From the NCBI GenBank assembly GCA_000146465.1, contig CP001951.1: 64,000 nucleotides of DNA; one strand, written 5' to 3'. The position numbers and the translations under genes are program-made. The notes beneath the pieces were generated by a model. It searched no databases. It was not told where the DNA came from and worked only from the letters and a program-made list of their open reading frames with translations. Shown one piece after another: positions 29,099-40,300 of this stretch. Positions within the stretch are counted from its first letter, which is position 1; the number at the start of each line of letters is the position of its first letter.

Positions 29099-29593
29099 AT
29101 GCAGTACAAAGGGATCAACAGAATGACAAGGGAAAAGATACTTGCATCTGAGGAATTCAAGAAGATGAGGTCCCTTACACAATCAGATGTGATTCGGAGC
29201 ATCCAGTCTTTGGATTCTATAGGAGGTCTGGTCAGAGATACACCCCATCGATTTCTATGTCTTGTTCAGAAAATGGGAGCTATCTCCTTGGATGAAGATG
29301 TTATTGCTGCCAATCTGGGGGATTTCAGGCCTGAAGAGCCCCTACTCTCAAACTCCTCAATGGAAATGTTTCGCGGGAACGTCTGTTTCATAGCGGCTTC
29401 TCTCTTATATCTAAGACTTTCAAAGAGGTTCCATAAATACGAGTCCTTGGTTAGGTCGTTTCTGATGGACTTCAGGAAGGTACCCATGGTTGATGGAGAA
29501 AATAATAAGACGTTTATATACCTCGATGTACTCGCAGACGATTTGCTTAACAGGACCAGGGTGTTCAATGTCCATTTGAAGAAAACCTTCTAA
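29099..29593 (+). CDS. PRP38: pre-mRNA splicing factor PRP38-like
   Basis: The track start at 29060 is a TTG, and the first ATG is at 29099 after a C-rich run. The product aligns with the PRP38 core: IGGLVRDTPHRFLCLVQKM versus VGGVYGGNIKPTPFLCLTLKMLQ, and KTFIYLDVLADDLL...VFNVHL versus EFELMHVDEFIDELL...DIILPRL. Confidence 0.5.
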   Translation: MQYKGINRMTREKILASEEFKKMRSLTQSDVIRSIQSLDSIGGLVRDTPHRFLCLVQKMGAISLDEDVIAANLGDFRPEEPLLSNSSMEMFRGNVCFIAASLLYLRLSKRFHKYESLVRSFLMDFRKVPMVDGENNKTFIYLDVLADDLLNRTRVFNVHLKKTF

Positions 29594-29652
29594 AGCCCGG
29601 TGGTTAAAGGCAAACACAGCCAAAATAGACAGAATAAACGGTCTTTAATACT

Positions 29653-32472
29653 TCATATTTTCTGCACAACTCTTTCTCCATTCAGAACTGCAGAGATTGA
29701 TTCCTTTTGATGGCTAGTCATTTCTGCAATGACTTTCTCAGCATAAGACCCGACTACTGGAGAAGAAAGTATCGAAGAGATGTATCCAAAAGGCTCAAAG
29801 TGGTCCAGGGCAGTCTCGAAGTAAATATCCTCTTCTAAGATATCCATTCCGCTGATGTCGCTTGCATCGAGATCTTCCTCATCTTCCGAGTCTACAGAAG
29901 ATGCTACAGCATCCTCATCATCCTTCATCTGGTTTCTTAGCCTTATGGCTGCAGGAAGCGAGGTAACAGTTGCTACAAGAGCCTTACCGAGGTTTCTAAC
30001 ATCAAGCTCAGGAAGATCCCCACTCTGGAGCCTACAGATTGTACCTATAAATAGGATGCATATCTTCTTGTCATGGACCCTCTTGAATTTGCTTTTCTGG
30101 CTGAAGAGCTTTTCAAAGAACTCCTGGAGATACTTCTGCTCTCGAAGAATCTGAATGGTCTCTCTCGGTCTTAGGATGAAGCAGTTCATTATCAACTCAA
30201 GCACATAAACCATTGCAGGGCCGTTTTCATCAATCATCTTCTCCCCAGACACCGCAACTGAAATGAAGAAGGGCAGTCTCGAAGGGTCCTTGCAAAGAAC
30301 TTCATTTCCTATGTTCAGAATAATCGATTCGATAATCCTGCATCCTCCTATGAAGTCGTCGTCAAAGAAGTTCTCTTCGTTGCACAAGCAAAGCTTTGAA
30401 ACCACAGAATAGATGCTTCCTAGTATGTTTGCATCCATTATGGTTGCTTTTCCATATGTTATGAAGTTATCAATTAGATCGGCAATTTCCGACGAGTATA
30501 CTGTGATTTCATCGATCGGGAGGTTCAGAATCATCTGGAAAAGACCCCACATCGATCCCTCTATTTCCTTGATCATAAACACATAGCCGTTGAGTATGTC
30601 CAAGGCCTCCTGGTAGAAGTCTGCCTTTTCCTCCTTCAAAATGAAGGATATCACATCATAGGAGTTGATATAGGAATGCCTGAGAGCCGGGGACCTTTGG
30701 TTAAGAGATAGAATGAGATTTTCCATACTTCGAAGAAATCCAGAAACCACCATCAGCTTGTTATCACCAGAGTCATTCTCATTCATAAGATGCGACAGTG
30801 TAATCCTGGATATCGATCCAACGAGTTCCGGTGCATATTTGGATATCTCCTCAGGATAGTACTCAATTATTGAGTCAAGCAGTATTGTCAGGGGCTCCAG
30901 ATCATATGTATTCGAAAGATTCAGTATCGACTCCACCGTCTCTGGAATCAGCTCCTTGAACTTCTCAGAGGCTGTCTCGTTGAACAGGAAAAACGACATT
31001 GCAAGTGTCCCCTCTACCTCCAGGACTTTGTGATTTGATTTCATGAGTTTGTGCACGTTAGTCATAGCCTCAAACACCAAGTCTCCCATGGGAAGATCCT
31101 CTTCTATTGTTGATAGAAAATAGCAAGCTTGGGACTTCAGAACCAACGAGCTTCCTTGGAGAGCTGGAATTACGTGGTTGGCTATAATGTATTCGAGAGC
31201 ACTTCTTGCTTTCTTCATCAGAGTTGATTTTATGTTTGCTAACAGAAAGAACGATCCATATGCCATTCTTATATTTTCCCTGCTAGGGCTTTCTTTGTAT
31301 GCTCCAAGGATGGAAACAAGGTAATTAACAATTCCCTGGAAGGCTTCCTGTTTCTGCTTTATCTTTGCCACAATCTCACAGAACAAAGTGTTTAGACTGT
31401 TTCTTAGATCATTACCAAAGAAGTTGTACTTTTCCCTTAAGTATTTGTCTGGGTCGTTTTCAAAGTCATCTTCCTCTGAATCTGACAGAGAATAAAGCGG
31501 CAGAATATATCCCGAGATAAAATACGAAAGATTCGGCTCCATGTAACGGAAAAACTCAGAATCCGATGTCAGCAACACAAAAAAGTCTATGGCATAGAGC
31601 TCGATGTCAACTGTATGTTCCGATCTCTCCTGAATGATCTTCAGGAATGTCCCATACACCATCTGGAACCTGTTCACATCTGTAACATATTCAGAAAGCT
31701 CGTTATTCTTGTAGAACTTCTTGACTCCTTTGCTGCAAGCCTTGTACATAAAGTATGCAGCCCATTTCTTACTTTCAAGCAGATTCTCGTCTGTACCTCT
31801 TAGATTTAGAATTCTAAGAGAGAGATTGAATACATATGAGAAAGTACTTATGGCAGAGAGAAAGTCTGGAATGGAGTAATAGCCGTAGGACTTGGTTAGC
31901 ACAATCATTCCTGTCTTCACCATGCTATAATTCCCTGATTCCAGGAACCCGTACACTTTTTCCAGAACATCTTTTCCGGCAGTATCAAACAGAAGCCCAA
32001 GAACTTGCTCAAGATTGTACTTTATCTTCTCTGCATCAAATATCTTTTCGTACATGTTCAATGCGGTAAACATGTGGTTCGTGTCCGAGGATTTCATGAA
32101 GCTCGATGCCTTCTGGAACAGTCCATTCAAGTCGTTCAACTTCTCGTTATTGAATATATTCACAAGAATCGCATCGTATGCCATTCTAGTTATCTCGTCT
32201 CCATACAAAAACAGATCCAATACATTCTCCACAAGATACTTTCGAACTTCGGAATACTCATCGCTTCCCCATTGCTTTATTATTGCATTCTTGAAGTAGA
32301 TGGTTGCAACCCTCTTTATTGTTGCATCGGAATCCTTCATGCATGTATCTGGGAGAGACATCACAAAGCTTGGCTGCTTCTCCAAGTTCATCAGCATCGA
32401 CTCTGCTGCACTCCTCTTTCCAGAATCCGGATCAATGGTCTGCAGAAATATTTGGCGTGTTTCTTCTCTCAT
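29653..32472 (-). CDS. importin-beta family nuclear transport receptor (CSE1/importin-7-like)
   Basis: 939 aa. The importin-N domain at the N-terminus reads TIDPDSGKRSAAESMLMNLEKQPSFVMSL...ATIYFKNAIIKQW. The remainder is predicted HEAT-like helical repeats. ATG is verified. Confidence 0.75.
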   Translation of the reverse strand: MREETRQIFLQTIDPDSGKRSAAESMLMNLEKQPSFVMSLPDTCMKDSDATIKRVATIYFKNAIIKQWGSDEYSEVRKYLVENVLDLFLYGDEITRMAYDAILVNIFNNEKLNDLNGLFQKASSFMKSSDTNHMFTALNMYEKIFDAEKIKYNLEQVLGLLFDTAGKDVLEKVYGFLESGNYSMVKTGMIVLTKSYGYYSIPDFLSAISTFSYVFNLSLRILNLRGTDENLLESKKWAAYFMYKACSKGVKKFYKNNELSEYVTDVNRFQMVYGTFLKIIQERSEHTVDIELYAIDFFVLLTSDSEFFRYMEPNLSYFISGYILPLYSLSDSEEDDFENDPDKYLREKYNFFGNDLRNSLNTLFCEIVAKIKQKQEAFQGIVNYLVSILGAYKESPSRENIRMAYGSFFLLANIKSTLMKKARSALEYIIANHVIPALQGSSLVLKSQACYFLSTIEEDLPMGDLVFEAMTNVHKLMKSNHKVLEVEGTLAMSFFLFNETASEKFKELIPETVESILNLSNTYDLEPLTILLDSIIEYYPEEISKYAPELVGSISRITLSHLMNENDSGDNKLMVVSGFLRSMENLILSLNQRSPALRHSYINSYDVISFILKEEKADFYQEALDILNGYVFMIKEIEGSMWGLFQMILNLPIDEITVYSSEIADLIDNFITYGKATIMDANILGSIYSVVSKLCLCNEENFFDDDFIGGCRIIESIILNIGNEVLCKDPSRLPFFISVAVSGEKMIDENGPAMVYVLELIMNCFILRPRETIQILREQKYLQEFFEKLFSQKSKFKRVHDKKICILFIGTICRLQSGDLPELDVRNLGKALVATVTSLPAAIRLRNQMKDDEDAVASSVDSEDEEDLDASDISGMDILEEDIYFETALDHFEPFGYISSILSSPVVGSYAEKVIAEMTSHQKESISAVLNGERVVQKI

Positions 32473-32564
32473 GAGGGCACCTCAGATATTTTTTGAAAAA
32501 TTTTTGGGATATCCTTTCCGGCTCCCTAGGCGGAAAAAGAAAACTTCAACTGTTCGAGATGGTT

Positions 32565-34100
32565 TTATTGGCTCTTCTCGGCCATGATGGTCGAGTCAAT
32601 CATAATGATAGAGGCTACACCATTGAAGGATGCTTTGATCATGTTCTTCTTGACCTCAAGGGCCTCATATATCCCAAGGGCCTTCATATCTTGAACCCCT
32701 TTGATACTGACTCCTTCATAGAGACTTCCGCTAGCATGTCTTTTTCGGAGGTCCTGAATTGTGCTTATTGTATCAAACCCAAAGTTCCTGGCTAGAAGAA
32801 GAGGAATTTTTTCAAATGCCTGGCCTATGGCCTTTGCAACAAACACCTTCTTATTACCGTATTCCATCGACTTCTCTCGAATCACTTTGGACAACTCCAT
32901 CTCCATGGATCCTCCTCCTGTGACCACTTTTCCTGTCTTCAGGGCACTTCTAACAACACACATTGCATCATGTACTGCTCTTCCAATCTCTTCGAGAACT
33001 TCCTGGCCAGGTCCCCTGAGTATCATCGTGCATGCATTCATTCCTCCTCCCTCAAAGTAATTGTATCTGAACTTTCCCAACTGTCTCTCTTCAAAGAGTC
33101 CGCACGACCCCAAGCTTTCCTCTAGATAGTCTGTCGATCCCAGGATCCTTCCTCCGCACGACCCAATCACCCTATTAAGATCTTCCTTGGAAACTCTTCC
33201 TGCACAGAATATCCCATGCTTTGCAAAGTACTGTGTGGCGTAGTCTCCTATCGATAATGAACTTAGAACCACTTTTGCCCCGCTGTCTATTATCTCATCC
33301 AGCTTCCTACGGATTATTTCCCACTCTGCATCAACAACTTTCTGATACTCTTCGACTCCCCCAACCCTTATCTCGGCATTGTCCCTCTCGCTCTTCCACT
33401 CGAGCTCCACATTCAAGCAGAGGATTTTTGGATTTAAGATCTTCTTCGGCTGCTGCTCATATCCTGCATAAGTAAAGCACTTCTCAAATGCAACCCCGTT
33501 TACAACAGTCGAATCCCCAATACTTCCTCCCTGCACTTTCTTCACTCCAATCGAGTCTACATCATCTATACTTGCCTGTCTTATTGCATCAACAACCATT
33601 TGAGAAAAATGCTTCTTTTCATGCCTTATGTTCTTGGAGGTAACACACGTCTCAGCCAGCTTGTAGAGCATTTCATCATTCAGATCCATGCTCATCTTTT
33701 CTAGATGTTCGATACACACCATCCGGAGCTCACTAAGGCATTCTCTGATGGATTCAAGATCAAAATTGTCCTTAATCAACGGCTTCAAGCAACTTAATAT
33801 TTCCGTGGTTAGAATTATCACACTGGTTGTTCCGTCTCCAACTTCATTGTCTTGGGACTCAGACAGCGCCACCAGAAGTTTTCCCACAGGATGATTAACT
33901 TTCATGTGCTTGAGTATAGTTGCCCCATCGTTAGTTACCACTATTTCCTTTCCAGCAAATAGCTTGTCCATTCCGTAAGGTCCTAGAGTGCTCTCCAGGA
34001 ATTCAGCCATCTTCATGCACACATCTATGTTTGATATAACCTGGAGCTTTCCTTCTCGAGGGTCTGCTATCTTCTCTGTCTGTACAAAAAGTTGATTCAT
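32565..34100 (-). CDS. CCT7: T-complex protein 1 (CCT) chaperonin subunit, eta-like
   Basis: TCP-1 signatures: NDGATILKHMKVNHPVGKLLVALSESQDNEVGDGTTSVIILTTEIL, the equatorial GDGTTS and the GGGSMEMEL ATP-binding loop. The N-terminus SNIDVCMKMAEFLESTLGPYGMDKL resembles CCT-eta [25 protein letters not shown]. The track start at 34154 is a GTG, and the first ATG is at 34100. Confidence 0.85.
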   Translation of the reverse strand: MNQLFVQTEKIADPREGKLQVISNIDVCMKMAEFLESTLGPYGMDKLFAGKEIVVTNDGATILKHMKVNHPVGKLLVALSESQDNEVGDGTTSVIILTTEILSCLKPLIKDNFDLESIRECLSELRMVCIEHLEKMSMDLNDEMLYKLAETCVTSKNIRHEKKHFSQMVVDAIRQASIDDVDSIGVKKVQGGSIGDSTVVNGVAFEKCFTYAGYEQQPKKILNPKILCLNVELEWKSERDNAEIRVGGVEEYQKVVDAEWEIIRRKLDEIIDSGAKVVLSSLSIGDYATQYFAKHGIFCAGRVSKEDLNRVIGSCGGRILGSTDYLEESLGSCGLFEERQLGKFRYNYFEGGGMNACTMILRGPGQEVLEEIGRAVHDAMCVVRSALKTGKVVTGGGSMEMELSKVIREKSMEYGNKKVFVAKAIGQAFEKIPLLLARNFGFDTISTIQDLRKRHASGSLYEGVSIKGVQDMKALGIYEALEVKKNMIKASFNGVASIIMIDSTIMAEKSQ

Positions 34101-34348
34101 GTCTGGGCCTAAAATTTTTATGCTCGATAAAGGCTCTAAGGAAAAGCTCCTCACCAGTTACGAGCCAAGGACATACCTAAGAAGACCTAGGAAGAAAGAG
34201 GATGAACAGATGTCCCAGACGCCCCTCAGAAGACACGGCTCTCTCTTTAGAGTCGATCTTTCAAGAGTGATAAAAGAAAAGGAGCATTTTGTATTTTCAA
34301 GGTTTCTTAATAGATTCATCAGATAAAGCCAAGATTTATTACACAGAT

Positions 34349-37300
34349 TTACACATCAAGCCTACTTCCGTACACAATAGTCTTCAAGTATTCCCTGTCG
34401 CAGTGCCCCATGTTCTCGGCACAGAGCATAAGATCTTTTAGGCCGAATTGGCTATTCCTGTTGGACATTTCCACATGGAATTTCACCAGATCTTCATCTC
34501 CTCCAGAAAAAGATGCAATGGCAGTCCCCTCCTGTGTTCCATAGCCTTTACAATAAACAACCTTGGTATCCTCCATCAAAGAGTGTTTTTTCCCTTCCTC
34601 AATCGTGAGTATCAGCCTGCTATTTCCAGATTTCTTACAGCTTCCCAGGAAATGTATGTTTTTTATCAAGTAGGTTCTGTCTTCCTGAGACTCCTCTTCC
34701 AACATCCTGTAGATCTTCTCATTGTTTTCCTTGGGCCCTGCCGATATCACAGCCGTTATCGCCATCTTTTCTTCGATAATGTGTGTTGCGATATCGCAAG
34801 CAATTATAAGAGTGTAGTCAAACGGATGCCTTGACATTTCATGAATTAAGCCTTCATATTCATCTTTGGTGTCTGGAAATGTGCTTGAGTAAAAGGAATC
34901 TACACTCCTCGAAATCACATCTCTTACCAAGTTCATATCCGCATCTACCATACCAGCCCACATATTCTCGAAGTTGTCCCTGCACAATCTACTTTCAAGA
35001 ATGGGATATATCACGTTCTCCACATACTCCCTATAAATCCTGAAAGAAAGATGTACTCCATACGCTTCAAAGAAGATTTTACTCTTTCTACCAAACACTA
35101 GATTAAGAATTTCATATACCTCTCTCTTTTTGCTATGCTGTTTGCTGATGCTTCTTTCCTTCTCCAATTTCTTTTTATGCTCGTAGACTTCATTGAGCGG
35201 TGCATGTTCAACTATCAGTTCAAGAAGTCTCTCCTCCAACCGCTCTAGATTCCCTGACTCCTCTGTCTCAAATCTCTCTACAAAACTACAGTTGTATGTA
35301 TATTCCTTGTAAGGATTTGTCTTTGTGCTCGATACCAGTATAATAGAGTATTGTGGATTGTCCATCTGCCGTTTGAGAGCTCTATACACGTCCTTGTCAA
35401 ACCGATCGCATCCATAAACAATGACATCGTTCCCATAGTAGCTGCAGTTGGACAATACCTGCTTGTAGTTTTTATCTTCAAGGCTGGTCGAGATAAACCT
35501 TCTTGCCCTGGTAAGAGCCGAAATGCCACTGCTATGAACAAATCCGTTTCTTTTGCAATGAAGAACCCAGTCGGTGCTCGAGAGAATATACTTTATAGGA
35601 CACAAGTATTTCATTCTTCTCCATTTCTCCACCTCATCAGATAGCTCTCTTACAATCTTATCCATCAGGAGAGCTCTTTCATCTGCCGACTTGATTTCCT
35701 TCTTTATAGACTCAAGCTTAAGAACCGATGCATTATATTCGTCTTTCATTGCCTCAATTTTCTTTTCAATCTGTAAAAGCTTCTTTTCCTCCTCCTCTAT
35801 TTCCTTCCTGCTCTTTTCAACCTCCTTCCCAAGCACTGCTATCTCTTGATCCAGAGGAGAAATCTCCTCCATAGTCTTGGCATATTTATATCTCGCCATC
35901 ACCCACATAAAGAGTGGCCCGCAAGCACTACTTGCCTTCTGTGCCTTTTCATAGCTGAACAGAGGATTCGATATCATATTCTCGAGAACATCAGGTACTT
36001 TTGTACTCCTGCAGTTCAGAACCTTAGAAACAAAATCCTCTCTTTTCATAAACTGGATCAATTGTTTCCATTCAATGCTCCCTCCCTTTGTCTCTCCTTC
36101 CACAATCCAATACACTGCCTCTACAGTGTTTCTAACTATTTCAGGCGGGTTGATCATCACTCTGATCTCCGACAAGCTACTCTTCGGCAGTTCCTCTATA
36201 CTTCTTCTAGACTCAGATAGTAATGTCTTTGCCACTCTAAGCCTTTTGTCTATCACCTCCTGTTTCTTCTGATTCATCATCAACGCTCCTTCTATTTCTC
36301 TCTTCCTGTTTCCGATTGCTCCTTTCTCCCTTTCTAACTGTTTCTGGGTATTGATGATCTTTTCGAGCTGCCCGTCTAGCCTGTCCGTGAGCTTTTCCAG
36401 ATCCTTTTTCTTTCGAGAAGATTCAAGCCCTAGGGCTAGTGCCTCCTTTCCGAAGTCCTCAATCTTCTGCAGCCCCCCTATCAGGAATTTCCTTCTTCTA
36501 GATTCCTTTTCCTTGAACTCTCTTGCAATCCTTGCAAAGCTCATTCCGAACCCAATTGCTTTACAGAGGAAACCAGTTGTCACCACATTGGGATGCTGGC
36601 ATTCCCATGGATGTCCATCTTCCTCGACTCCCATTGCCAAGGAAGATGTTTCCGAAGGAATCCCTTCATTTTCCAAGTCAATGTTGATACCAACATTTGT
36701 TGTAAAGCATTCTTTTACCATATCCAGATCGGATATGTCTTTGCTTCTCACCATATTATAGATCTTAAGTAGGTCCAGAGAATAATAAGCTGTTCTCTTC
36801 AGCTTGAAAATCATACATTGGTTGGATATATCTTTCCTTAGAGAAGACACATCCTCTACAAGAAAAGCAGTTTGCCCATCAATCTTCTTTTCGTCCTCAT
36901 TACTAACTATCCTTACATTTTCCTTCATCTGTCTCATACACTCTCTCACCACCCAATGCTTTCCTGACATCCTACCTCCTTCAATCACAAGATTGTACCC
37001 TCTGTGGAAAATAGACCCTACGTAGGAAATATCGCTGCATCTCTTTGCCCTTCTGAACCTTCTAGTCTCAAGATTAAACTCAATCTCTTCAGGACGTCTT
37101 CCAAAAGCCCTTTGCATCTCTTCTTCCAAATCCTTTGATTCTCCAAAGTAAATCTTTGCTTCAAAGTACATCAGATCAACCAAATCTCCCTCCTCCATAC
37201 ACAGATCCCCTAGTGTCCTGATAAAGCTGGTGATTTCCTTCAGGTTGACTTTGAAGTTTTTGTAGATAAACTCCACCACCTGTAAGACCCTTTTGTAGTC

Positions 37301-40300
37301 CTGGAAATGCTTCGTTGCTTCAAATCTTTTTCTGATTTCCGACTCAAAAAGAAGTTCCGTATCTCTCGGCTCTTCCACAAATATAGACTTTATCTTTCTT
37401 CTCAGTCTTTCTGCTGCCGTGTTCCGAATTGCATCATTCCCTTTCTTTTCATTGATTCCACATATTAAAACCATGTTCTTTACCTCTATCTCTCCAATTC
37501 TTCCACACTCGTTATATTCCCTAACTGCCTCCACCAGACTTACATTCCTACAGTCAAAACCCTCAATGTAAACCACCGATCTTAAATCATATATCTTCTC
37601 TTCTCCTACTCTCTTTATCTTGTCTTCCCCAAGACTTTGAGCGATCATCGAGGTCTCAAATCCGTTTCCCTCAATCACAACAACCTTCTCCTTAAAAACC
37701 TCTTCAACCAACGACCTCTTCCCAACTCCTACTTCTCCTCGCATGAAAAAGACTTTTGAACCGTCTTTTACTAGTGCTTCCATTGCCCTTGCATAAAAGC
37801 TCTGTTCTTCTGTTACCACCAAACCTCTAAATGGGAACACAGGTACCTTTCTTCCATCGTATCTTATGTCCATACCAGTCCCAACAGTGTTTTGGAGATT
37901 CCCTATCTGGTAAAGATCGTCCTCTTCCATGTGAACAAGAAACACCCTGGTTAGGGTGGCAGGTGTTATATTCTCCATAGACGTGCTTTCAAACACAAAC
38001 CTATAGTGGTCTGGAATCCTAATTCTTTCTCCGGAACTCAGGCATAGTAACTTATTTTCGTCTAATATAGAGTTGAAATCTTCAATCCAGAAGGACTCTG
38101 CAATCCCATCAAATACAAACCAGCATTCCTTGCTACTGTCCATGTTCCTTCTTAGATCTCGAACAAACTTGCTATCTTTCCACTCTCCAGTAACCTTGTC
38201 TTGGAATCCAAATATCTTCCCTATATTTCTCGGGTTGTAGTAAAAGCACATCGCTCCTCTGGACTCTCTTGCTAATTTTATCAATGTACTCTTCCCAGCC
38301 CCATTCCCTCCTATGACAAGAGCTCCTCTCCTGTTCTCCAACCCATATAGTAGCATGTCTTTGTGTGCTAGGTTCTGCTCCACTTTCCTTTCAAAAATCT
38401 TCTCAAATTCTTTAACAAATATAGCTTTGTCTTCCCGCCCAAGACAGGCCATATAAAAGTAGATTGCCGATCTCATAATCTCCGCCTCTTCTCTTCCCTT
38501 TGTGATCGTTCTTACTGCTCTTAACCCAAAATCATAATGATCCTGCTTACTTGCCTTGGACTCCACTTCCCTCATTAGCCTGTAGATCTTTTCCGAACTT
38601 TCTTTACAATAGTAGTCTATAATGTCTTTTATGTCTGGTGCATCTATTCTTGTTTCCCCGAGTATGGCTCTTAGGCTTCTAGGCATCCTGTACCGACCCT
38701 TATATCCTATGTTCATCGTAAGGAAGAACTTTGTCTTATTTTTGTTAAGGAGAATCAGCTCAGTCGCCCCACTCATTATCTCTTCACTCAGTCGATTGAA
38801 CTCGTCAAAACATAAGTAAGACCCTGTAAGAACTGCCCCCGAAATAACATTTCTTAAGGTTTCAAGCTCACACCCTTCGTTGCAGCAAAAAACAAAAACA
38901 GGCTTTCCAATAAGCCTACAGTAGTATTTCACCGACTCTGTCTTTCCTGTTCCGCTTCTTCCATACAGAATCACCCCACATAAACTTTTTAGCGAAATGG
39001 CTATACTTGAAAGTACCCTACATACTAAGGGTGTAAATACAATGTCTACCGGTGGGTAGTATTCAAAACCATACTCTATCTCTTCAGTGGAATCCATAAA
39101 GAGCTCCCCACTCTTCAGTACAGGTTTTGGATATAGCCTTATCACTCCATTCGGATGCTTCTCAATCTCCCTTTCTAGTACTCTAAGCTTTGGAGTCATT
39201 TCAAAATCTCTTTTGTTGAAGTACTTAAACTCGGAAATCAAATCGGAAATAATTGACGGACATCCCTCTTTGAGACTCTCCAGACCATCGTGGAACCAGG
39301 ATTTGAGGGTTCTCTTGACCTCTTCTTCAAATGTATCCATAAACCCTCCAATATCTTGGTCAATCTGTACCTTCTGGCGAAGCATCACTGTCTCCCCGTT
39401 ACCTTCAAATCCCAAAATACTGCCGTTTTCGACAATAACACCATCTATGTTGAACATCATTCCCAACATCTCCACATAATAGGATCTACTATTCAGCCCC
39501 CGTATAAGATCGATGTCCGAAACAAGATAAAGCCTAGGTGTTCTTTCCCTACATCTCCTAAGGAATACTTTGAGACCTTTCGATATATCGTCAAAGTCTT
39601 TCTTCATACCGAGAAACTCATCTTTATGAGGTAAAAGAGCCCCAAGCTTAACCTCCCATCCACTGGAAGAACTTGGAGTGCTAAATCTATTCAAGACGTC
39701 CAGGAATCTTTTTTTTATCATGGAGTATTTCTTAGCTTCAAAGTCTAATCCATCAGTGGAAAAAACATTTGCGAACTCCCTTATTCCTCTCTGGACCTCT
39801 TCAAGACAAGCCAGAAAGCTGAGACAATCGTCCATGCGCTCCTTAATCCCATTAAGCTCCTCTATAAAGAAGTTCTTTTCATTGAACCTCGATATTGAGT
39901 CATGCTCCACAAGAAGCTTATTAACTCTCTCCTCAACTTGGCTCAAGTCTGGTATAACTACTTCCTCCTTCCGAAGATGCCTCACCTTCAAACTCACTAA
40001 GAATATTTCAGCCCTAGCCCTCTCTATATACCTTTCAACCTCATACTCCATCCTTGAATCGGCTAGCCTCTTTTCTACCTCATCTTTATCCTGTAGAAGA
40101 AAAAATTCCTTTGTCTCCATCTCTGTGTCAAAGTACTTCTTTTTTACATAGGGACTTTTTGTATGCTGTAGACAATCCAACCCAGATATATAGTATTTTA
40201 TCTTACTCTGAAACTCCTTATAATATTCTGCATGGAATAGAGATACATCAATGGACTTTAGAAAAGAGGAAAGTTGCTCCACATCTACATCACATACTTT